A stretch of DNA of 64,000 nt from NCBI GenBank assembly GCA_001775395.1, contig MEWP01000063.1:2086-66085 (forward strand), given 5' to 3'. A model generated the notes under the pieces. That model saw nothing but the letters and a program-made list of their open reading frames with translations. It was not told where the DNA came from and did not search any database. Numbering within the stretch: the first letter of the stretch is position 1; every line of letters starts with the position of its first letter. Below, piece by piece: positions 16,336 to 25,747 of this stretch. A program made the position numbers and the translations under genes. This stretch comes from a candidate division Zixibacteria bacterium RBG_16_53_22 (lineage in GTDB: Bacteria > Zixibacteria > MSB-5A5 > UBA10806).

Positions 16336-19105
16336 GGGCTGTGGCAACCCTCTCAACAAGGGCAAATACTACTGCTCGCCATCCTGTTCGGCACAGGATC
16401 GTATACATAAACGCAATGGCACCAGCCCTATTCCCGCCGATGTCAAACAGACACTTACCCAAGCCCTGGGCAGTCAGGACGCTTCCTTTGTATTGAAAGA
16501 GATGGAAAGCGTCATGCTTCAGGAAGAGATCATCACCGCCCCGCCTATAGTGGTCAAGACCGAGGGCGACTTCATGTACACCTACTACATGGCCGGTGAA
16601 GATCGCCGCCCCAGCGATGCCCTGGAAGGGGAAATCATCCGCGAAATGCTCAAGAGCGGCATCGTGCTATTCGTGCTGGAGATGAAGCTTGCCAGCATGA
16701 TGGGCGTCTTTCGTAACGACCGTTCCTGGAAGGTAGTCTGCCCTGACAAGGAATTGGCTGGTGTAGCTGAGGCCAACCTGCGCCAGATCATGCCGCGTAT
16801 GATGCTGGATGCACTCAGGTCCATGCTGACTTACGGGGCCTACTTCGGCGAGAAGTCGTTCGAGTACAAAAACCCCTACCAATTGGGTCTGAGCAAATCA
16901 CGCGGCGCTTCCAAAGAGTACGCCGTGCCAAAGCTACCGGCTGCCTGCAACCCGGAGAGTATCACTTATATCAAGCGCACCACGGATGGTAGCTTCGACG
17001 GCTTCGTGCAAACGCCCAAGAACGTCTTCCGCGCACGCAACGAGATCGACGTAGAGCGTAAAGCAGCCCTGGTCATTCCATATCGCGGGCAATTCCGTAA
17101 CCTGTGGGGCGAAAGCTATCTCAAGCCCATATACCCGATCTGGTTCTGGTACGAGATCGCCCTGCGCTCGTGGGTACGCTACATGGAGCGCATGGGCACG
17201 CCCGTGGCTGTGTGCTACGCCCCCTCGCGAGCCAAGGTACTCAAGCCGGGCACTACCACAGCCGTAGATGCCATGACCTGGGGGCTGGCGGTAGCTGGCA
17301 ATATCGCCAAATCCAACGCGGCTGTTTTGCCCAGCGACGTACACCCGGAGACCAAGATACCACTGTGGAAACTGGAATATCTGGTGGCCCAGGATCGGGG
17401 TGAGGTGTTCGGCAAGGCCATCGAGATGCTGTCGCAACTGATGATCCGCGCCGGTATGGCGGCTGACCGCGCCTTCACGCAGGGAGGCGAGACGGGCAGC
17501 TATGCCCTGGGCCAGATCCACGATGCCGCCACGCAGATCCACAACGAGTTGATTCTGATCGAGGTGCTATGGGCACTCAACCAGTGGTTTATGCCAGACT
17601 ATGTAGCATACAACCGGGGCGAGAATGGCCCACCTATGTGGCTGGAGACTGAGGGGCTCGACCCACGTGAAAAAGAGCGTCTATTCAAGATCATGTCCAT
17701 CGCGGGCAACGCCGAGAACTTCAAAGAAGCCCTGTTCATGGTTAACTGGCGCGAGATGTACGAAGTCAACAACGTGCCCACCCTGACTGAGAAGGAAGTG
17801 GACGAGCTTAAGGAAAAGATGCTGCAAGAGGGTCTGACCCGCCAGGAAGAGACCATGAAGGTGCAGAAGAAGTTCGCACCCAAGCCAGGCGAGTTGCCCA
17901 AGCGTGAGGAGACGCCGCAGCAGACGGCTGCCAAGACTGAAGCGGCCACTAACGCCAACGGAGATGCTAAGAAGTTCGAGAACCTGGCCTACGCCATGCT
18001 AAATGGCAGTTACGTACCGATCATATTGTCCGATCACGAGATGGCCCTGGTAGCTGGCATACGCGACCCAGAGGTGGTCAAGCTCTACAACCCTTTTCAC
18101 GATAAGCTGGGCAAGTTCGCCGCACGGCGTGGGGCAGGCGGTTCGGTAATACCACAGGAAGGTGGTACGAGTCCAACTGCTGGACTCGGCGGCGGTGCTA
18201 GAGCCAAGCCGGGCTCATTCTTGAAAACGACGGGCTTGGCTTTGGGCATCGCTGGTCTGGGTGCGGTGGTGCTGGCAGGTCTCGCCAGTGCCACGCGAAT
18301 CGAGTATGGCGAGCCTGGTGAGGTTAAAGATGAAGACAGCGCCGATCCGCCCGAATCTGCGCCAGTTTACGATAGCCTGGAGGATGCTACTCAGGCCGCT
18401 ATCGGCGCATTAAACCAGTTAGGGATTGATACAGAGGGCGACATATCGGTAAGCGTAGGGCAAGTGCCGGGTAACAATTTGGGCTACTATGACCCTGGCA
18501 AGAATGCTATGGTGATCAGGGAAGATCTGGCACAGGACTTGATGAATGGATCACCAGCAGCTATGCATGCATTGGTTCACGAGTTGGCCCATTCAAACCA
18601 ACAAACAGATGACAATATGTTCTGGCAAGATCAAGAGTGGGCTATGGATCAGGGAACCGAGAACTTTGATAATTTCGTCCAACATCTGGAAGGCCAGAAT
18701 GATGCTGTGACCATGGCAGCTCTGTCACACATGTACGGAAAGCCCATGGATTACGCCACGGTGGTTGCTATGCATGCTCAATACAGACGCGACAATGACC
18801 TTCCAGTAAACATAGTCAGACCGGGCTATCCAGATCAGGCTGCCTATTGGGCTGGCATTGCCAAGGCGAACCAGAGTCGCACGGGCGAGTCCCTCACTCA
18901 ATTCAGTAGCCGGAGTCATGATACAGGGTTAAGCCCCGACAGCCAGTTCGATATACTGTGGGAACTATTTCCAGAACGCCTGGGCAGCTACCAAAAGAGT
19001 AAGACCTGGCCTTCATATCAGCAAATCATGATATGGCTTGGCGAAGATTATGATGTTGATACCAACCAGGCATTTACAGATATGCTTGAGGAGGCACTGC
19101 AATGA
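16313..19105 (+). CDS. portal protein (DUF935/Mu gp29-like) with N-terminal Zn finger and C-terminal TM + HExxH domain
   Basis: Follows terL; NLWGESYL, YMERMGTP, GSYALGQIH portal motifs; C-x4-C...CSPSC at N-terminus; ALVHELAH near C-terminus. Confidence 0.85.
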   Translation: MTKTCAREGCGNPLNKGKYYCSPSCSAQDRIHKRNGTSPIPADVKQTLTQALGSQDASFVLKEMESVMLQEEIITAPPIVVKTEGDFMYTYYMAGEDRRPSDALEGEIIREMLKSGIVLFVLEMKLASMMGVFRNDRSWKVVCPDKELAGVAEANLRQIMPRMMLDALRSMLTYGAYFGEKSFEYKNPYQLGLSKSRGASKEYAVPKLPAACNPESITYIKRTTDGSFDGFVQTPKNVFRARNEIDVERKAALVIPYRGQFRNLWGESYLKPIYPIWFWYEIALRSWVRYMERMGTPVAVCYAPSRAKVLKPGTTTAVDAMTWGLAVAGNIAKSNAAVLPSDVHPETKIPLWKLEYLVAQDRGEVFGKAIEMLSQLMIRAGMAADRAFTQGGETGSYALGQIHDAATQIHNELILIEVLWALNQWFMPDYVAYNRGENGPPMWLETEGLDPREKERLFKIMSIAGNAENFKEALFMVNWREMYEVNNVPTLTEKEVDELKEKMLQEGLTRQEETMKVQKKFAPKPGELPKREETPQQTAAKTEAATNANGDAKKFENLAYAMLNGSYVPIILSDHEMALVAGIRDPEVVKLYNPFHDKLGKFAARRGAGGSVIPQEGGTSPTAGLGGGARAKPGSFLKTTGLALGIAGLGAVVLAGLASATRIEYGEPGEVKDEDSADPPESAPVYDSLEDATQAAIGALNQLGIDTEGDISVSVGQVPGNNLGYYDPGKNAMVIREDLAQDLMNGSPAAMHALVHELAHSNQQTDDNMFWQDQEWAMDQGTENFDNFVQHLEGQNDAVTMAALSHMYGKPMDYATVVAMHAQYRRDNDLPVNIVRPGYPDQAAYWAGIAKANQSRTGESLTQFSSRSHDTGLSPDSQFDILWELFPERLGSYQKSKTWPSYQQIMIWLGEDYDVDTNQAFTDMLEEALQ

Positions 19106-19329
19106 GAGCCATCTTCGAGGTTCTTAGAACATACGTTGAACGAAACGAAGCTGAAATACTCCTGATCCAGTTCGATCAAGGGCCAGACGAGGCAGACATG
19201 CTGGGTCTTGGCTTTGAGCGTGAGGGTGAATATTGGAAGATCACCCGCCAGCAAGCCGAGAAGCTTATCGCCGGACCTGACTATGACCAAGCCTGGAAAC
19301 AGGAGGTGGAGCGATGGAAGAATATGTAA
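19102..19329 (+). CDS. small hypothetical protein
   Basis: ATGA-coupled to the portal fusion. Confidence 0.6.
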   Translation: MRAIFEVLRTYVERNEAEILLIQFDQGPDEADMLGLGFEREGEYWKITRQQAEKLIAGPDYDQAWKQEVERWKNM

Positions 19330-19628
19330 CCGTGCGCGGCTGCCAAGTGCCTGCCCAGGAGATCCAAAACCTTAAGGATCAATTCGGGGCCGAGCTGGTG
19401 CCCGACAGCGAGTGGCGAATCATCCGGGCGCTGGACATGACCCTCAAGCACTACCGCGCCATGCACGGCAAAGACCCGGACCTGGTAAAGCTGAATCAAG
19501 ATCCCTTCTATTGGTACAAGCATTGCCCACTGAATGTGGTGGAGCCAGTTACGAAGGCTAAGGTGCCTGCCAAACACAAGCCTGCCTGGTTCAGAATAAA
19601 ACGCATCTTTAAGGTGGTAAAGCCATGA
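19314..19628 (+). CDS. hypothetical protein
   Basis: 104 aa; operon packing. Confidence 0.6.
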   Translation: MEEYVTVRGCQVPAQEIQNLKDQFGAELVPDSEWRIIRALDMTLKHYRAMHGKDPDLVKLNQDPFYWYKHCPLNVVEPVTKAKVPAKHKPAWFRIKRIFKVVKP

Positions 19629-20245
19629 GGGTTGACCACGAAGATGGCTCGGGCAGCTTCTTACGGGCCGAGCTGCGCTGCGATCACTTCTTCGAGTGCA
19701 AGGTGGGCTACACCGACCAATTGCTGCCCAGTCTGGACAAGGGCGCTTACTATAGTTTCGACCTGAATTATCCATGTTGGGCCTGGCATTATGGAACCGA
19801 GCGTGACACGTATTTAGTTGAGCTGGTCGTCGCTGTCGATGAGGCCGCACTGACACTATCTATCCCACCAAATCCCAATGCCAAACCTGTGTTACCCGGC
19901 ATCAGTTGGCTGGTCTTCAGCGACGTTGACCTGCCAGAGCAACCTGACCCAACGCCTATGCCTGTGCCGCCCGACGAACCCGAACCTGATCCACAGCCAC
20001 CTGCGCCTGTGCCCGCACCCGATCCAGATTGGGTGCCCAGGACGACTACGTTTGTCCCTGATGGGGTTATATCGCATCCCAAGGCCATCATCTGGGGTGG
20101 GAGTGATCTGGTTTGGGTGTTGCCCAACGATTTATATATGTCCTTCTTCGAGGAGACCTACATGCGCATGGCTGCCCGGCTGAGAGAGGCTATCGAGGCA
20201 GGCGAGTATACAGTAGAGGAAAGGAAAAATGATCTGGTCTTTTAG
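19625..20245 (+). CDS. hypothetical protein with Pro-rich linker
   Basis: PEQPDPTPMPVPPDEPEPDPQPPAPVP. Confidence 0.65.
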   Translation: MRVDHEDGSGSFLRAELRCDHFFECKVGYTDQLLPSLDKGAYYSFDLNYPCWAWHYGTERDTYLVELVVAVDEAALTLSIPPNPNAKPVLPGISWLVFSDVDLPEQPDPTPMPVPPDEPEPDPQPPAPVPAPDPDWVPRTTTFVPDGVISHPKAIIWGGSDLVWVLPNDLYMSFFEETYMRMAARLREAIEAGEYTVEERKNDLVF

Positions 20246-20807
20246 CGAGAGCTACCAGCAGCCGACCAGGCTGGATGATTTCAGTCTGGAAGATCGAAAC
20301 ACCATATTGGCAGCCATCGACTATTATGGCAAGCAGTTCCAGTTTCCCATTAAGCTGGAGTTGGGGCCTGGGCAACACGGGCCTTCTATTACAGATCGAG
20401 TGAAGTTGGGCCTGAACCCGCAGGCAGATCCAGGCTGTGAGATATTTTTTGACCTTAACTTCGGACTGCCATTGCCAGGCGAGAGCGTGAGTTATATCCA
20501 CTCCAACCAGGTACTTGAGCACTTGAATAACATCATATTCCTATTCAACGAATTCTGGCGTGTGCTTATCCCAGGCGGCACTATGGAGCATTGTGTCCCG
20601 ATCTACAATGGCCCGCACGCATGGAGCGATCCCACCCACCGCAGGGCATTTACGGAGCTATCTTTTCGTTATTTCTGTGTAGACGCCAACGGTGAGCCGT
20701 TCACAGCACATTTCAGCGACTATGGCATCACCAGCCGCTTTGTTTTGGAGAAACAGGATGTCAGGCCCGGACTGGACATAACCGCCTTTTTCAAGAAACC
20801 TGCTTAG
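20229..20807 (+). CDS. class I SAM-dependent methyltransferase-like protein
   Basis: LELGPG; SNQVLEHL; EFWRVLIPGG; AWSDPTHRR. Confidence 0.8.
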   Translation: MIWSFSESYQQPTRLDDFSLEDRNTILAAIDYYGKQFQFPIKLELGPGQHGPSITDRVKLGLNPQADPGCEIFFDLNFGLPLPGESVSYIHSNQVLEHLNNIIFLFNEFWRVLIPGGTMEHCVPIYNGPHAWSDPTHRRAFTELSFRYFCVDANGEPFTAHFSDYGITSRFVLEKQDVRPGLDITAFFKKPA

Positions 20808-20816
20808 GAGAGTCAT

Positions 20817-21017
20817 ATGAAACGAGAAGAACCAATAGACATAATCCAGCAATTCTCACAAATGGATACCATGCTGGAAAATATGGCCAAACTGGTTGCG
20901 AACTACTTTAATTCGATAATGAAAGGTGGCGTTCCATACGATCTCGCAAGAGATTTGACTATTCGGTGGTATGAGCGCATGTTAGACAACATTTATAATC
21001 TGAAAAACAGGATCTAG
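20817..21017 (+). CDS. small hypothetical protein
   Basis: 66 aa; AGGAG SD. Confidence 0.6.
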   Translation: MKREEPIDIIQQFSQMDTMLENMAKLVANYFNSIMKGGVPYDLARDLTIRWYERMLDNIYNLKNRI

Positions 21018-21026
21018 GAAAGTCAC

Positions 21027-21617
21027 ATGAACAATGTAACTGCTGAGAAGTTTCAGGAGATCCAATCAGGCGAGCTGGGATGGTGGACACATGCCAACTT
21101 CAACCCACAGATCGAGTGGAAATTTTATCTCGATGTTTTCGAGTCGCACCTGCGCCCATTCAAACGAGTAGTCGATATTGGCTGTGGGCCGGTGCCTATC
21201 TTCATGAACCCCAAGATCGAGGCCAGCGAAGTGACAGCCGTCGATCCTTTATGGGAAGAGTACCTGAAGCTGGATAAGTATACCCAGTGGCATACCCGCC
21301 CGGTGGATCACCACTATGCCGACGTGGACCAGGCACCTTCGCACCAATTCGACGGGGTGTTCTTTTTGAACGCCCTGGACCACGTGCGCTGCCCAAAAGA
21401 GACGCTGGATGGCGTGCAGCGCATCCTGACTTGTGACGGGCTGCTCTTTTTATTCGTCGATATTGACAAGTCGATTGATTATCTCCACCCTCACCGTCTC
21501 ACTCAGTCGTGGCTCATGATGGAGCTAGCTGGTATGGAGACGCTGGTAGTCAAGAATAATCAGAGCTGGAAGCACAAAAACCGGGTAGTGTATTACGTAG
21601 GACGCAAGATCACATGA
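21027..21617 (+). CDS. class I SAM-dependent methyltransferase
   Basis: VVDIGCGP; AVDPL; FDGVFFLNALDH. Confidence 0.85.
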   Translation: MNNVTAEKFQEIQSGELGWWTHANFNPQIEWKFYLDVFESHLRPFKRVVDIGCGPVPIFMNPKIEASEVTAVDPLWEEYLKLDKYTQWHTRPVDHHYADVDQAPSHQFDGVFFLNALDHVRCPKETLDGVQRILTCDGLLFLFVDIDKSIDYLHPHRLTQSWLMMELAGMETLVVKNNQSWKHKNRVVYYVGRKIT

Positions 21618-21781
21618 AGAGATTCAGAAAGACGTGGAAGCAACGCCGTAATTCAAAATGCGACTGCGACAGTGGCAGGAAATATAAGCACTGCTGCATG
21701 CCGCATAGAGAACGGGAACCACGCACTCAAACCCATAGGGTAAAGGAAGAACGGCGGAGGGCTAAAAGTGAAACCAGCTAA
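21614..21781 (+). CDS. SEC-C zinc-motif peptide (55 aa)
   Basis: RNSKCDCDSGRKYKHCC matches SEC-C (RNxxCxCGSGKKYKxC); ATGA overlap; below the track cutoff. Confidence 0.7.
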   Translation: MKRFRKTWKQRRNSKCDCDSGRKYKHCCMPHREREPRTQTHRVKEERRRAKSETS

Positions 21782-22838
21782 CGTTCTTATTATTATCATC
21801 GATTGTCTTCGTTACGACAGAGTTAGTCCACAGTACATGCCCTGGCTATATGAATTTGGGCAACAGAATACTTGGTTCTCGAATTATTGGTCAACGTCCC
21901 ACTGCACAGATCCATCGATTACGTCTCTATTGAATGGTCGCTGGCCTGACGAACTCAAACTATATTCGATGATGTTCGAGTCCTATGACTATAGTATCCC
22001 ACTTGGCGTCGAGATGCTGCCACAGACCGCCAAAAAGCATGGCTACGAGACAGGCACACTCAGTAACCTGGGTCGCTGGTATACCTGGGGTGTAGACCGC
22101 TATGTAAACACTCGTGGCTGGCATGGCAGTGACATCTTCAAGTATGCAGACAGTATTATGTCAGTCATGAAACAGCCCTGGCTCATGATCGTGCACGACG
22201 ACAGTTGCCACACAAACTACCGGGGTGGCTCTTACGACCAGGCTTGTCGGGAGGTGGACAGCGACCTGGAGTGGCTGATCGGGCGGGTATTGAAGCACCA
22301 GCAGTGGACCGATAACACTTTTGTCATCGTCACCGCTGATCATGGCGAGGGGCTGGGTGAACGCGGCATCGACCAGCACGGGAGAGGTCTGTGGCCCTTC
22401 CTGACGCACGTGCCATTGATCATCCGCCAGCCCCGCGTTGCAAAAGCGTTATCCGTGTACGATGGGATTGTGCAACCAGTTAACATGCATGGTTTTATGG
22501 TCAACTGTATGTCGATAGCACCTGAAGCATGGCCGCCCGGTATGAATGTGGATAAGAATGGCTATGCCCACATGGTTGGGCGCGATCCAAAGGTGTGGAA
22601 CCGGGGCGTGACCAATGGCAAGCATATGGTCATCAAGCGCCAGGAAGTCGGGGGGCCAACTACTATGTTCTACCTGGACATAGCCAGCGATCAATTGCTT
22701 GAGCCAGACGACCGCTACTACGAGATGTGGCACTATGCCCAAGAGCACGCCGCGCAGTTCGGCATCGACGCGGGCAACGATAGCCTGGACGACGAGATAC
22801 TGGAGGCCAGGCTGAAAGGACTCGGTTATTTTGACTAG
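21768..22838 (+). CDS. alkaline phosphatase/sulfatase superfamily enzyme
   Basis: NVLIIIIDCLRYD; HCTDPSITSLLNG; VTADHGE; HVPLII; C-terminal RLKGLGY. Confidence 0.85.
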   Translation: MKPANVLIIIIDCLRYDRVSPQYMPWLYEFGQQNTWFSNYWSTSHCTDPSITSLLNGRWPDELKLYSMMFESYDYSIPLGVEMLPQTAKKHGYETGTLSNLGRWYTWGVDRYVNTRGWHGSDIFKYADSIMSVMKQPWLMIVHDDSCHTNYRGGSYDQACREVDSDLEWLIGRVLKHQQWTDNTFVIVTADHGEGLGERGIDQHGRGLWPFLTHVPLIIRQPRVAKALSVYDGIVQPVNMHGFMVNCMSIAPEAWPPGMNVDKNGYAHMVGRDPKVWNRGVTNGKHMVIKRQEVGGPTTMFYLDIASDQLLEPDDRYYEMWHYAQEHAAQFGIDAGNDSLDDEILEARLKGLGYFD

Positions 22839-23423
22839 ATGTGGCAGGCTGAATTTCTGGCTGTCAAACGCTTCATCGACGACATGAGGATAGACCCAAC
22901 CCAGGGCAAAGCTATCGAGGTGGGTGGTGGACCTATCGTCGTGGTAGACGACAAGCCACAAGACAACCCGCTACTCAGCCTCAGCCCACAGGTAACTTTC
23001 TTGGACGAGGGCTTTATCACTCGCTATGGCAAGCCGCCCCATATCCTGGCTGACTTCATGAGCTGGTCGGAGATCAGCCACCTGGCAGGCAGCTTCGACC
23101 TGGTTTACTCATTTCAGACTATGGAGCACGTCAATAACCCATTCCTGTTTGTGCGACATTTAGTAGCCATAACCAAGCCAGGTGGAGCGATCTTCCTGAC
23201 TACCGTCTTCTCCTTCGCCTACCACCCCAGTCCATCCGATTACTGGCGCTTCAGCCCGCAGGGGTTGCAGGAGTTATTCAAGCAAGCGGGCGACAACATG
23301 TTATTATGGGCTGGCTTTGGGCCAAACCAGGGCGGCGTGATCGCCGTAGCGCAGCGAACACCAGCTACATACTGGGCCTATCCCAACAAGCTCCGGTTCG
23401 AGGAGGTCTTGGGCAAGCTATGA
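22839..23423 (+). CDS. SAM-dependent methyltransferase-like protein
   Basis: IEVGGG; FDLVYSFQTMEHV; KPGG; YHPSPSDYWRF. Confidence 0.8.
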   Translation: MWQAEFLAVKRFIDDMRIDPTQGKAIEVGGGPIVVVDDKPQDNPLLSLSPQVTFLDEGFITRYGKPPHILADFMSWSEISHLAGSFDLVYSFQTMEHVNNPFLFVRHLVAITKPGGAIFLTTVFSFAYHPSPSDYWRFSPQGLQELFKQAGDNMLLWAGFGPNQGGVIAVAQRTPATYWAYPNKLRFEEVLGKL

Positions 23424-24013
23424 TCGACAAGAATTATGTCGCGTCTATGATGACCAAAGAGGCACTGTACATGGGGGGGCACGGGGCCGAGGAGGACTAC
23501 CTAGGCTTGGGCATGCTGTACTATGCCATCACCTATGTTCTGAAAGCGGAGTTGTGCGTTTGCCTTGGCTCTGGGGGTGGTTTCGTGCCCAGGTGCATGC
23601 GCCAGGCCCAACGCGATTTGGGGATAGGCAGAACTATTTTAGTGGATGTGGGCAATGGCGCTTGGGGCAGGACCACAGTCCACGATGTAAATAGCTGGTT
23701 TAGACTCAATTTCCCTGACGTGGAAGTCTGGAAGATGTTGACTGCTGAAGCTGCGCTCATGATCAAACATGCTGACTATATCCACACCGATGCTGATCAC
23801 AGCTTTGAGGGTGTAAAAACGGACTTCATGGCCTATAGCCAAATCCTGGAACCAGATGGCATCATCACTTTGCACGATACTCATATCCAGGGCGTGCGGA
23901 GTTTTGTAGACGAGCTGAGTACCCATAGTGAGTGGCAGGTATTAGAATTACCTATGTGGCAGGGGCTTGCCATAGTCATGAGAGCCGATGGACTGGAAAT
24001 ATCTACAAAGTGA
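23420..24013 (+). CDS. Methyltransf_24-like SAM methyltransferase
   Basis: CLGSGGG; DYIHTDADHSFEGV; GIITLHD; start moved to MIDKNY. Confidence 0.8.
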   Translation: MIDKNYVASMMTKEALYMGGHGAEEDYLGLGMLYYAITYVLKAELCVCLGSGGGFVPRCMRQAQRDLGIGRTILVDVGNGAWGRTTVHDVNSWFRLNFPDVEVWKMLTAEAALMIKHADYIHTDADHSFEGVKTDFMAYSQILEPDGIITLHDTHIQGVRSFVDELSTHSEWQVLELPMWQGLAIVMRADGLEISTK

Positions 24014-24506
24014 GCCATTTCAATTACGCTACGTACTGGCTGCATACTTAGTGCGGTATTGCATGGATGTCATCGAGATCGGGGGCTGTGAAATACCTAT
24101 CCACGTCTTTATGGATTTGCGAAACCATGGCTCCATAACAGTGGTCGATCCGCGTATGAAAACAGGTTTTACCATTGACAACAAAAGGCAAATCGCCAGT
24201 GTTGTGCATATAAACAAACCCATTCAGGAATGTCACTTCCCATACTCGGAGTTCGGGTTGGTTATATTAGGCATGCACATCCAGGGCGACTTGGAGCCAG
24301 TCTTTGACCTGGTTAAGCGATCCAAAGTAACCGTGATCGATTTCTCACTCGACTTTAAGCCCAGTGTTGACCAATTTAATCAGATGCTTCAGGCCACGCA
24401 ACGACCGATCCGTATGCAATTCAAATTGGATCTGACTGGCAATGACTTCGGAGACCTGACAGATAGCTGGCCCGCCAGACCCATCAGGCAGATGTACGTA
24501 TTATGA
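23988..24506 (+). CDS. divergent methyltransferase-fold protein
   Basis: VIEIGG...VVDP motif-I-like; sits among methyltransferases. Confidence 0.5.
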   Translation: MDWKYLQSEPFQLRYVLAAYLVRYCMDVIEIGGCEIPIHVFMDLRNHGSITVVDPRMKTGFTIDNKRQIASVVHINKPIQECHFPYSEFGLVILGMHIQGDLEPVFDLVKRSKVTVIDFSLDFKPSVDQFNQMLQATQRPIRMQFKLDLTGNDFGDLTDSWPARPIRQMYVL

Positions 24507-25060
24507 GACCTAGCCAACACCCCGATTGGAATAGCATATTCGGCTGGTGCGTAAAATTCGAGGCTGACTATCTGTACGAAATTGCTCGCAGTGTGACCGG
24601 CAATATCGTAGAGATCGGCACTTATCAGGGCCGATCCATGGTTGCTATTGGCCTGGGCTGTCTCGAATCGGGTGCTCATCTGTACACCGTGGATCATTAC
24701 CTGGGCAGCCCGGAGCACAGGACACCGCCTGCCAAAGAAGTCGTGGTTCAAAACCAGTTCAAATTTGGCCTCATGCGACACGTAACGGTGTTAGAAGGCG
24801 ATAGCCAGGTGGTTGTGCCTACTATCGAGGCCAGTTTTGACATGGCCTATATCGACGGCACACATTCATATAGAGCTGTGTTCGACGACTTTCTGGTATG
24901 CTGGAAGAAACTGACCAGCCATGCCAACATTCTGTTCCACGATGCCTACAAGGGTGGTTGGACAGAAGTTGAGGATGCGGTTAAGCAGATCGCCATGCGC
25001 TGGCCTATGGAACAAGTGAACGTAGCGGGGTCTATCGTTCACTTCAGAAAGATGACGTAA
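24503..25060 (+). CDS. Methyltransf_24-like SAM methyltransferase
   Basis: IVEIGTYQGRS; FDMAYIDGTHSY; ILFHD. Confidence 0.85.
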   Translation: MRPSQHPDWNSIFGWCVKFEADYLYEIARSVTGNIVEIGTYQGRSMVAIGLGCLESGAHLYTVDHYLGSPEHRTPPAKEVVVQNQFKFGLMRHVTVLEGDSQVVVPTIEASFDMAYIDGTHSYRAVFDDFLVCWKKLTSHANILFHDAYKGGWTEVEDAVKQIAMRWPMEQVNVAGSIVHFRKMT

Positions 25061-25070
25061 GGAGAGCCAT

Positions 25071-25400
25071 ATGGAATTGCTATTCGGGCCGGAACATTCA
25101 GATGAAAACAGGTATTTTGTGCAGGAAGAAATGTGCAAAGCCCTGGCGCATCAGATGTTCTATGTCCAGGATGGATACAGCAACGAATTACCAGTGCCAC
25201 ACTATCATGTGATGAGGGCATATAAGCATCTGGTGGCCCTGAATAGGCTCAAGATAGTCATGTTCGATCATGATATTGGTAAAGACGCAGGCGCGCCTCT
25301 TAACAACGACTTATACTGTCTGAAAGGTGAGGTTGTTTACGAGCTACTCGTTTTGCGTAAGAATGTCGATGAATTGATCGACAAGCTGAGAGGAGACTGA
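25071..25400 (+). CDS. hypothetical protein
   Basis: 109 aa; AAGGAG SD. Confidence 0.6.
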   Translation: MELLFGPEHSDENRYFVQEEMCKALAHQMFYVQDGYSNELPVPHYHVMRAYKHLVALNRLKIVMFDHDIGKDAGAPLNNDLYCLKGEVVYELLVLRKNVDELIDKLRGD

Positions 25401-25402
25401 CC

Positions 25403-25747
25403 GTGAGAAAGCTGACATTGTTGTTGACCGTGTTTCTATTGACGAGTTGTGTGGTGCCCATCGTCACCCCGGAAGGCTATGGCTTAGCATCGCAGCCCAC
25501 GCCTATCCCGACTTTGACGGCGACACCTGAGCCGACTAGTACGCCTGCACCTGTGGTAGACTCAGAAGGTGAATATTATCGGGGTATCTACGATTTATGT
25601 CGCTGGCTCATCCAGCAGACAGGCCACTATGTCGATTGCATGGCCTTTGTAGAACGATCTAATACCAGCGGTTGGTACGAGCAACCATCCAAGGATTGGC
25701 AGTGGCCTCTGCCCGCGCCAACAGTGGCACCAGGTACGTCCCTGTAA
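25403..25747 (+). CDS. lipoprotein with Pro/Thr-rich linker
   Basis: MRKLTLLLTVFLLTS-C lipobox; PTPIPTLTATPEPTSTPAP. Confidence 0.7.
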   Translation: MRKLTLLLTVFLLTSCVVPIVTPEGYGLASQPTPIPTLTATPEPTSTPAPVVDSEGEYYRGIYDLCRWLIQQTGHYVDCMAFVERSNTSGWYEQPSKDWQWPLPAPTVAPGTSL

